Part shown: positions 10,001-17,095 of the stretch, in pieces | How the letters are laid out: every line of letters begins with the position of its first letter | Numbering within the stretch: the first letter of the stretch is position 1 | Position numbers and translations under genes: made by a program | The notes under the pieces: generated by a model | What the model was told of the DNA's origin: nothing | The model's input: the letters and a program-made list of their open reading frames with translations, nothing else | Databases searched by the model: none | DNA from: Luteolibacter sp. | GTDB lineage: Bacteria; Verrucomicrobiota; Verrucomicrobiia; Verrucomicrobiales; Akkermansiaceae | DNA: 64,000 nucleotides | Assembly: GCA_041686775.1 (NCBI GenBank) | Contig: JAWLDG010000013.1 | Coordinates: 20,612 to 84,611, forward strand | Direction of reading: 5' to 3'

Positions 10001-11109
10001 CGTTCGTCGTCGAGTAGGGCGATGACCGGCGCGTCGCTCCCGGTGGTTTTCGCTCCGCTGCCGGAAGAGAAGGGTTCGCCGCTGCCGGAAACGAAGATCG
10101 ATGCCTGGATGGCGGTGATGAGCAGGTCCTCGTCCAGGTGGTCGAGGAACCGGGCGATGAGCGAGGCGCTTGCATGGGTGCGGATGTCCTTGAGCCGGCG
10201 CAGCGCGCCGTGGATCACGTTGACGTCCGGCTCCTTGGTTAGAAGAGGCGCGAGCAGATCCACCGCAGGCTCGCCGCCGGCGACGAGCATGGCATCGATG
10301 GCGGTTTCGCGGACCAGCGGGTCGTTGTGAGTGATGAAATCACGCAGGATCGGCACGGCGGACGGACCGCTTGAGCGAATGGTTCCGAGCGCGGCGAGCA
10401 ATTGGTCGCGGTTTCCGAACGCGAGGTGGCGGGCGAGCGTGGACGCCTGGTCGCCGAAATGGCGGGCGAGCGTGATCTGATACTGCGCCTCGCGGATGCG
10501 CGCGCGCGATCCGGCGGGCAGGGTGGGGGTTTCCTGGAGGAAGGTCTCGAGATAACCGACGGCGGGCAGCCCCTCGGTTTGCCACATGCGGCGGGCACGG
10601 GCGGCCATGTCGTTGTCGCCGACGAGCAGGTCGCGCAGCCAGGCGCGGCGCTGGTCGTCGCTGAAAAGGCCGTCGCGGTCGGTGGTTTTCTTGCCTGTCC
10701 ACGCGCGCCAACGCGCGAGCGCGGCGGTGTTTTCGGGCGACTCGGCGGGCGTCCATGGATTGTAGCCGAGATCGCCGCCGGCCATTTCCTCCAACAGCTC
10801 CAGGGAAGCGAGGCGCACGGCGAGCAGCGGGTGGTCGAGCAGGGCGACGAGCGCCTGGACGGGCGGTTCTTCGGCTTCGAGGATGGCCTCGCGGATCAAC
10901 GGCCGGTCCTCGGACGAGGCGAGGCGCGGCAACACCTCGGCGAGCGTGCGGACATCGAGCGTGCCGGCGCGGAAACGGGTGAACGCCTCGTCGGATGGGT
11001 TTGGGGTTTCGGCAGCCGGTGGGGCGGGCTGAAGCCCGCGCTCCATTTCCTCATCCTGGGCGTGGCAGAAGCAAGTGGCGGCGAGCGCGGCTAACAGGAT
11101 GCGAGGCAT
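7060..11109 (-). CDS. Large fusion protein: signal peptide, HEAT/ARM-like repeats, thioredoxin-fold CxxC domain, and a C-terminal DsbD_2-type membrane domain
   Basis: ORF 7060..11178. I prefer the ATG at 11109 (MPRILLAALAATCFCHAQ is a signal peptide). There are many HEAT-like units (DPLVRETAIDAM, RWRVRAAALEYI, DEFVRSAAIKA, DPVAEVRSAAIRCA). The thioredoxin-like segment is VVYFLKPGCADCAKARQMLDSL. The C-terminal TM region carries GLLDGINPCAF and FLELACTGQVY motifs. Confidence 0.75.
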   Translation of the reverse strand: MPRILLAALAATCFCHAQDEEMERGLQPAPPAAETPNPSDEAFTRFRAGTLDVRTLAEVLPRLASSEDRPLIREAILEAEEPPVQALVALLDHPLLAVRLASLELLEEMAGGDLGYNPWTPAESPENTAALARWRAWTGKKTTDRDGLFSDDQRRAWLRDLLVGDNDMAARARRMWQTEGLPAVGYLETFLQETPTLPAGSRARIREAQYQITLARHFGDQASTLARHLAFGNRDQLLAALGTIRSSGPSAVPILRDFITHNDPLVRETAIDAMLVAGGEPAVDLLAPLLTKEPDVNVIHGALRRLKDIRTHASASLIARFLDHLDEDLLITAIQASIFVSGSGEPFSSGSGAKTTGSDAPVIALLDDERWRVRAAALEYIEKRKTRAARGRAVALLDDPDEFVRSAAIKACVALAATDALPQLKRKMADDPAMIPMVFAAYGAMKRKPDAEMLAALDASPAEVRMATVRAISESSPPVELLQRFAADSDTDVACIALRALAADDDHVKLPATLGLLVAALKDDAAPAKADVILENLRLPPSKGGAVDRRLLTVAELIQGSREPTALDPLYDAFLVPFGEASENSALLPSLPQSDMGELLVALKARLTPESSPGQRFHAALQLARAGHDEGYAKLLEELPDYDTSRKTTICYQLYEPSSAGALPLLTALLRDPVAEVRSAAIRCALSNEQAKALISLVFEDLSDPAAPLQPNEAYDYRFESIARSMSSMMRPWCVEVLGDTQAEVPLKVLACVAARHCADTSVRRLLDQNTKSAEPLVRRAAWHALLSLRTADLNKAAAAIAEDPEALVRAVLPDRVIRQNYSWQHYFTDALSTRDNHYVYGRNATPPRINEETTALLGKLAATDPSPLVRFESSFALLTRGSSIDFDAFAKLLPQQPKDNNSARRIADWLEENAERATPALRPLLTVIDTSTIDSDKLKLLNARVNPGLANGLFTFADLAKAAVPDSETTDGPLLAPEKNDDREIVRESLDVVYFLKPGCADCAKARQMLDSLRGDFPLLRVIEHNILSPDGTVLNQALCNRLDVPSTRQTVAPAIFTQAGFVIGPEITPAAVTKLLADTMAIDQDDSWREIETAEAVEAEREVDRRYQALTLPVVLIAGLLDGINPCAFATIIFFLSYLQIARRTPREMLLTGFAFISAVFLAYFSAGFIFHQFLDVLHARIGGLQKWLNLVFAALALVAAALSFRDALSARAGRMDEMTLQLPAMLKDRIRGVIRSGARARRFVIAAFLSGIVISFLELACTGQVYAPIVYQIHQGRLDAVLWLAIYNLAFILPLIVIFLLAYGGLRSESLISFQRKHTFTVKIALAVLFLLLAVFLLFGNRLLGQ

Positions 11110-11380
11110 GGCATGCGACGCTGCATTATTAAAACGCGCCGAAGAAACCGCTGAATCACTGGGAACCGCTGAATTCACTGGATCGGTTTATGTGATGACG
11201 TCGGCATTTCCGGCACGCCTTTCAGGGTGCACATCAAAGGGAATCGCAAACCCGGGGTGGTCGTCGCTATCGCACCTCGACCCCGGGCTGTCTTCTGTAA
11301 TCCTTTCAGGATAATGATAATTGGCTTTTTCATTTTCCAATCCATGCAGACATTAGGCTGAATGGCTGTATTCCATTATA

Positions 11381-12028
11381 TCAATGCAGCAGCGCATAGG
11401 CTAGGATGTTGGCGTTGATTTCCATGGCATTGCGGATCTCATTGCCGCCGCAGCAGCAGCAGCCTTCGGCGTTCGAACTGTCGTTGAGTCCTTCCTTGGT
11501 ATAAACCACGACGATCTTGCCGTTGTGGGTGAGACCTTTCAGCGAGACATCCGGGCCGGCGTGGCTGAGCTTGAGTTCCTTGATGCTGAAAATCGTGCGG
11601 AAGATCTCATGGCTGAGCGGGATGTCCTTGAGGCAGTCGTTGCCGAAGATCGCCTTGATCTCGCGCTCGAAGGAACGCGCCCAGGCCTCGTTCGAGCAGG
11701 ATGCGGAGGCGAGCAGGAAGCCGCCGTTTTCGAGATAGCGTTTGAGGTTTTCCCGCTCCTTGGCGGTGAGCAGGAAATCGCTCTCGCCGGTCATGATGAC
11801 GAAGGGGATGCGGAACAGTTCGTCGTCGGCGAGCTTCACCGCCTTGAACCGGCGCTGGGTGGCGATCGAGGTTTTCTGTTGGACGGTGGTCAGGAACTCG
11901 TCGGAGAAACACTTCGAGGTGCGGGTGCCGGCGTAGATGAGATTGCCGCATTCGACGGCACCCTCCTTGGCAAGGGTAAATGCTGAAATGCTTAAAAGCT
12001 GAAATGCTGAAATGAGGAGGAGTTTCAT
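11381..12028 (-). CDS. DUF4159 domain protein (secreted)
   Basis: ORF 11381..12028. Characteristic C-terminal EGCCCCGGNEI motif and a signal peptide. It sits downstream of the MoxR/DUF58/BatA genes, as this family typically does. Confidence 0.8.
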   Translation of the reverse strand: MKLLLISAFQLLSISAFTLAKEGAVECGNLIYAGTRTSKCFSDEFLTTVQQKTSIATQRRFKAVKLADDELFRIPFVIMTGESDFLLTAKERENLKRYLENGGFLLASASCSNEAWARSFEREIKAIFGNDCLKDIPLSHEIFRTIFSIKELKLSHAGPDVSLKGLTHNGKIVVVYTKEGLNDSSNAEGCCCCGGNEIRNAMEINANILAYALLH

Positions 12029-12041
12029 GGTTTTCTTGATA

Positions 12042-14771
12042 TCACGGGGTCAGGAATTTGCGAACGGCGTCGCGGTAGGGTTCGGGGATCAATTCGGGGT
12101 CGGGTGCGGATGAGGAGGTCTGGCGGGTGTCGGTGGGCGGCAGGGTGCCGGACTCGGCGGTGTCCGGCAGCGGTGCCGCGCCGGCGGCCGGGCCATCGCC
12201 GCCATCGCCGCCGGAACCGGGTGCCTGACCGAACTGCATGCGGTTGGGGCCGAGCATCGGCATGTGCATCGGGAAGCCGCCGCCGGGCATGCCCTGGCCG
12301 CCGAGAGCATCGCCCTGGCCGGGTGCGCCGTCGCCGCCGGGGTTTTGTTGGAGCAGGCCTTCGAGGAGTTGTTGGAGGGCTTGATCGAAATCGGGAATGT
12401 TGAACTCGGGTGCATCGCCGCGGGCGGCATTGCAGAACGGGTTGTCCTGCTTGAGCAGGCGTTCGAGCGCGGCACGGGCGAGTTCCGCGTTGTGGAAGGT
12501 TTCGGCGGTGCGGCCGTCGTCGGCATTGCGGGTGGCGGCGTCCATGTGGGTTTCCGGCTCGGCGATATCGAGTTCCAGCAGGAACTGCGAGGCGGATTCG
12601 GCGAGCGGCGCGAGTTGCGGCATGTCCTGCGGCACTGCCTCGATGCGGCGTTTGAGTTCGGCCTTGAAGGAATCGAGCGCTTCGCGGTTCTTGCGCTGCG
12701 TTTCGCCTAACAGAGGGAGCTGGCGGCGGTTGGCATCCATGCCGAGGCGCAGTTCCTCGACGAGCCGGCCGAGACGTTTCACCAAGCTTTCCTGGTTCTC
12801 GTAAATGCGGCGGAATTTTGCCGCCATTTCCAACAGGCGCGCGGCCTCGGCGGCGAGGTCGGCTTGTTGCATCAGTTGCTGTCCCTGTTGCTCGCGCTGG
12901 CCGAGGCGTTCCAACAAGGGTTCGAGCGCGCGGCGGAGCTTTTCGTCATCCATTCCGGGATCGAGGCCGCGCAGGGCGTCGAGGTTTTCGCGCAGAGCCT
13001 CGGCGTTTTTCTCCGCGAGTTCGGCGAGTTGTTTCTCCAACTCGAAGGCGGGGAAATCGTCGGTGAGTTTGTTCATCAACTCGGCCGCTTGTTGGTGGGC
13101 CTCGCGCGCCGCTTCGAGTGCGGCTTCGCGTTGTTCTTCGTTCTCCGCCTCCCGGAGTTGTTCGAGCGTCTTGCGTGCCCGCTCGATGGCATCGCGCGCG
13201 GCATCGAAGCGGGCGCGGAATTGATCGATGGTCGTGCGGGCGCGGATGTAGGCGGCGTATTCGTCCTCGGATATGATGCGGACCCGCGAGATCTCCGACG
13301 CGCCCTGGCCCAGCAGCGAGGGGTTGTGGTCGGAGGCGTCGAGCATCAACTCGATCGTCTGGCCGGGTTCGAGACCGAGTTCGGCGAGGTCGAGATTTTC
13401 GCGGAAATCATAACTGCGTTCTGTTAGAGAGGGAGCGACGAGTCGCGAGCGGTCGCGGAAACCGGCGAGCGTGCGCACGAAATGGATGCGTTGCAGCGCG
13501 AAGTCGTCGCTGGCGCGGCCGGCCACCGGGATCTTCGATTGCGGGGTGGCGAGCATCATCGACGGCGGGCTGTCGAGCACCACGTCCGGCGCCTGGTCGG
13601 GCATGCAGCGGAACGCGAGGTCGAGCGGGCGCGGCGAAGGCGTGCCCCGCAGATCGCGGATGGTCGCGCTGAGACGTCCGGAGCGGGTGGCGGTCCAGGT
13701 GAAAGTGACGCCGTGCGATGATGTGACATCGCCGTCAATGGTGACAGCCTGCGGAGTTTCGCCGGGTGCGGCGGCCGGGGTGAACACACATATGCCGCCG
13801 GACAGCGGGCGGTTGCTGGTGAGTTCCAGCGCGATTTCCGATCCCTCGACTGCGGCGATCTCATTGGTGTCGAGCGCGAACGACGATGGCGGCAGGTTGG
13901 TGTAAACCGGCGGGGTGATGCGCACCTGGCCACCGAGGATGTTGGGTTCCAGCAGGATTTCCACCGGCGTCCATGCCGAGCGCGCGCGACCGCTGGCGAA
14001 GGCGACCTCCACCGGCTCCGTTAGATTTTCCAGGGTGCGCGAGTAGCGCTGCGGGCTTTCGCGGAACGCGTCGCGGCGGAGGATTTCGCCGGTGCGGCTG
14101 CGGCGTACGAGGCACTCGACGGTTTCCTCCGGAGTGCCGCCGGTGATTTCCGTGGCGATGAGGATTTCACCGCCATAGACGACGGCGGGCTTGGCGGGCT
14201 CTATCGCGAAACGCAGCGGACTGTATGGCGGGATGTCGCCGGACGGGTGGAGCAGACGCTGCACGATCACCGCAAACGGCGCGGGCGCGGCGATGCGCAG
14301 GATGCCGGTTGCAATTACCGGCACGAAGATTACGAGCGCAGCGATCTTCAACACGCGTGCATCGATGATGCATCGCGCGGGCAGGGCTGCGAGCGCTTCG
14401 GCGGCTTGGGCGAGACTGCGTTCTGTGAGGAAGCGCGACATCGGTGTGTCGGCGGAATTTCCGTCCAGCGACAACGCGGCGGATGCGGGCGCGCGCTGCG
14501 AGGAAAGCGCATGGTCGGCCCGGCGCGCGGCTTCGCTGGCGGAAACGCGCAGTGCGCGGAACATCATCACCAGTCCGCCAAGGATGGCGATGGCGGCGAG
14601 GACGACGGTGATCCTCGTGCGCGCCGTGGCTTCGAAGGCCAGCGCCGCGTCCACCAGCCCGAACACCAGCCACAACAAACCCGCGACGCCGAACGCCGCG
14701 ATGGCGGCCGCAAGCAACCGCGACGCGCGCAGCAGCGTGCGGACCCGGCGGAGTTGTTGGCGGTAGGTCAT
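12042..14771 (-). CDS. DUF4175-like membrane protein with a long coiled-coil and a Gly/Pro-rich low-complexity tail
   Basis: ORF 12042..14819. I prefer the ATG at 14771 (MTYRQQLRRVRTLL...). It has N-terminal TM helices, an E/R/A/L-rich coiled-coil region, and a C-terminal G/P-rich tail. The position between a BatA/VWA gene and DUF4159 matches the usual arrangement. Confidence 0.6.
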   Translation of the reverse strand: MTYRQQLRRVRTLLRASRLLAAAIAAFGVAGLLWLVFGLVDAALAFEATARTRITVVLAAIAILGGLVMMFRALRVSASEAARRADHALSSQRAPASAALSLDGNSADTPMSRFLTERSLAQAAEALAALPARCIIDARVLKIAALVIFVPVIATGILRIAAPAPFAVIVQRLLHPSGDIPPYSPLRFAIEPAKPAVVYGGEILIATEITGGTPEETVECLVRRSRTGEILRRDAFRESPQRYSRTLENLTEPVEVAFASGRARSAWTPVEILLEPNILGGQVRITPPVYTNLPPSSFALDTNEIAAVEGSEIALELTSNRPLSGGICVFTPAAAPGETPQAVTIDGDVTSSHGVTFTWTATRSGRLSATIRDLRGTPSPRPLDLAFRCMPDQAPDVVLDSPPSMMLATPQSKIPVAGRASDDFALQRIHFVRTLAGFRDRSRLVAPSLTERSYDFRENLDLAELGLEPGQTIELMLDASDHNPSLLGQGASEISRVRIISEDEYAAYIRARTTIDQFRARFDAARDAIERARKTLEQLREAENEEQREAALEAAREAHQQAAELMNKLTDDFPAFELEKQLAELAEKNAEALRENLDALRGLDPGMDDEKLRRALEPLLERLGQREQQGQQLMQQADLAAEAARLLEMAAKFRRIYENQESLVKRLGRLVEELRLGMDANRRQLPLLGETQRKNREALDSFKAELKRRIEAVPQDMPQLAPLAESASQFLLELDIAEPETHMDAATRNADDGRTAETFHNAELARAALERLLKQDNPFCNAARGDAPEFNIPDFDQALQQLLEGLLQQNPGGDGAPGQGDALGGQGMPGGGFPMHMPMLGPNRMQFGQAPGSGGDGGDGPAAGAAPLPDTAESGTLPPTDTRQTSSSAPDPELIPEPYRDAVRKFLTP

Positions 14772-14811
14772 GGGATGATTTGAGATATGCAATTTGAAAT
14801 TTGAAATTGGA
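14772..14811 (-). repeat. 40-nt AT-rich tandem-word intercistronic spacer
   Basis: Coding strand: TGA-TCCAATTTCAAATTTCAAATTGCATATCTCAAATCATCCC-ATG. Tandem ATTTCAA words, about 30 percent GC. No Shine-Dalgarno-like purine tract. Confidence 0.8.
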
Positions 14812-17055
14812 TCAAGCAAGCCCGGAGCGGCGGCGGATGAACCACTCGGCGGCGAGCAACAGGGCTAGCAGGAGGGCGGTGGGTGCGTTGGTCCACGAAG
14901 CCTGCCACACGGCACCGGCGTCGCGCGCGGTTGGCGGCGTGGGTTTGACATGTTCGGCGAGAAACGCGTCGAACGCATCCACGGTGATGGATTTTCCGCC
15001 GGTGGCCTCGGCGAGGTTTTTCAAGAATGCGGGGTCGGGCGTGAGATCGTCGTTTTCGCTCGGCGCTGCGGGCACGGTGATGAGTGTCTCGGGCGCGGGC
15101 GGCGCTTCGTCTCGCGGATCGATTAGGCGGATACGCCAATCGCCGGGTGTCTCCGGCGTGAGGGTGGCGCGCCACAGCGGGCGCTCTGACGGGCTGGAGA
15201 TGGCGGCCGGGCCGATGCGTGTGGGTTCGCCGTCCGGGCCGGTGATTTCCAGCAGCGGCTGCGGCGCGGGATCGGCCCCGCGATAGGACATGGTGAGCGC
15301 CACCGTGCTGCCCGCCTCGGCACGGCCGGACGGTGCGCGCAGCGAGAAATCATGGCCCGGCAGGAATTCCGAATACGCCGCCATCCACTGGATGAGCTGG
15401 GTCCAGAAATCCTCGTAGCAGTTTCCCAACTCGCGCGCGTCCGGGAAAAAATCCCATTTCCACAAACCATCGCCATTGATCATCGCCACCACGCCCTGGC
15501 CGTAGCGGCGGACCAGTAGCGCGGGGAATTTTCCGGATGAGGAAAACTCCGAACTGGCCGGGAGGTCCGGCAGGCCATCGGCCAGCACGCGCGTGAATGG
15601 CTTCACCATCGAAACCTGCCGCGCGTCCTGCAAGGGTGGCAGCGAGGTCCACAACGAGGCGTCCGGCGCGGCCAGCGCCTGGCCGAAGAGCCCGGCGCTT
15701 TCGCCATCGCGGTTCGGCGCGAAGCGGAACGAGCCGATCGTCGCCGGTCCCCACACCACCGGTTCGAGCGGCTCGATGGCCGCGCTCGCCGCGGTGGTGG
15801 CTCGTCCGCGCGAGAACAACAGCGCGCCGCCGTGGTCGCGGACGTATGCACGCAGCAATGCGGCGCGTTCGTCTGTTAGAAACGAGTCCACGTTTTTCCC
15901 GAACACCACCAGATCGTAACGCGAGAGTTCCTCGAGCGAGTCGGGGAAGACCGGGTGCTCGGTCTCGGCGTTTTCGCGCTCGCCGGAATCGATGCGGAAA
16001 TAGCGCTTTTCCGACAAGCGGTGGATCGAGCGCAGTTCCATGTGCGTCTGCTGGCGGAGCAGTTGCGCGAGGAACTTGCTGTCCCAATACGGCGCGCCCT
16101 CGGCGAGGAACACGCGGGTGCGGGCGTCGAGCACGCGGACGTGGAACTGCGAGCGGTTGTTGGCCGGACGCAGTTCGCCATCGGCCGCCGGCACATCGAT
16201 CGACCACCCGCTGGACGCGGCCGGGGCGGGCACTTCGAAGGTGCCGGTGACGCTTGCGCCGGGTGCCACGTCGAGCGCGATTTCATCGAGCGCACCGCCA
16301 TCGGCGTCGCGCAAGGTGGCGGTGGCGCGCAGCGCGGGCAGGCCGGTCGATTCCAGCGCGAAGGGAACGCGCAGCGATTGACCGGCGAAGGTGGTGAACG
16401 CTGCGCGCGGTTGACGCAGGGCGAGATCGGCCGGCTCTCCCGTGGCACCGATGGTCACACTGTGCACCGGTGTTTCGCCGCTGCGGGCGCGGAGGGCGAG
16501 TGCTTCAAGCGCCGCGGCATTGGGGGCGGTCGTCTCGCGGCCGTCGCCGGCCACCAGCACGCCGGCGAGCGAGCGGCCGCTGGCGCTGTTTTCCTCCAGT
16601 GCGCGGCTCACTGCGGCGACGATGCGCGTGGATTCGCCATCGGATGAGGGAAGGTCTTCATCGCCCTCGGCGAGTGCCGGCAGCAGGTCGCCTGCGTAGG
16701 GATGGATGCGCACGGGGATGTCGTGACGTTCCGCGCGCGCGGTAAATGATTTGGTCAAACGTGCGGCGACCGCGGCCCTGGTTTCACCCGCGTTGTCGGC
16801 CGGTTGATTCATTGATTCCGAGGAATCAACCAGTATCAACCATGGCTTCGCCTCCTGCTCGGTCGGGTTCACCCAGGATCCCGGATTCAACAACAAGCCG
16901 AACACCGCCGCCACCGCGCAGGTCCGCAACGCCAGCAGCGCCACGCGCCGGCCGGTTGTCAGATCGAGCGAGCCACGCCACGCGCCCGCCAACACCACCG
17001 CCAGCACCACGATGGCGAGCGGAATGAGGATGGAGAGCGGCAGGGCGGGGGACAT
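14812..17055 (-). CDS. Membrane protein with a VWA-like and a GATase1-like (DUF1355-type) region, Bat-operon type
   Basis: ORF 14812..17055. N-terminal TM helices, a MIDAS-like WLILVDSSESM segment, and a C-terminal TM anchor (ALLLALLLAAEWFIRRR). Confidence 0.6.
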   Translation of the reverse strand: MSPALPLSILIPLAIVVLAVVLAGAWRGSLDLTTGRRVALLALRTCAVAAVFGLLLNPGSWVNPTEQEAKPWLILVDSSESMNQPADNAGETRAAVAARLTKSFTARAERHDIPVRIHPYAGDLLPALAEGDEDLPSSDGESTRIVAAVSRALEENSASGRSLAGVLVAGDGRETTAPNAAALEALALRARSGETPVHSVTIGATGEPADLALRQPRAAFTTFAGQSLRVPFALESTGLPALRATATLRDADGGALDEIALDVAPGASVTGTFEVPAPAASSGWSIDVPAADGELRPANNRSQFHVRVLDARTRVFLAEGAPYWDSKFLAQLLRQQTHMELRSIHRLSEKRYFRIDSGERENAETEHPVFPDSLEELSRYDLVVFGKNVDSFLTDERAALLRAYVRDHGGALLFSRGRATTAASAAIEPLEPVVWGPATIGSFRFAPNRDGESAGLFGQALAAPDASLWTSLPPLQDARQVSMVKPFTRVLADGLPDLPASSEFSSSGKFPALLVRRYGQGVVAMINGDGLWKWDFFPDARELGNCYEDFWTQLIQWMAAYSEFLPGHDFSLRAPSGRAEAGSTVALTMSYRGADPAPQPLLEITGPDGEPTRIGPAAISSPSERPLWRATLTPETPGDWRIRLIDPRDEAPPAPETLITVPAAPSENDDLTPDPAFLKNLAEATGGKSITVDAFDAFLAEHVKPTPPTARDAGAVWQASWTNAPTALLLALLLAAEWFIRRRSGLA

Positions 17056-17095
17056 GGAATTGATTATTGGAAATTGAATATTGGATATTGTTGGA
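17056..17095 (-). repeat. 40-nt AT-rich tandem-word intercistronic spacer
   Basis: Coding strand: TGA-TCCAACAATATCCAATATTCAATTTCCAATAATCAATTCC-ATG. It has the same length as the 14772-14811 spacer, the same TCCAA start and a similar AATCA..TCC end. Confidence 0.8.
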
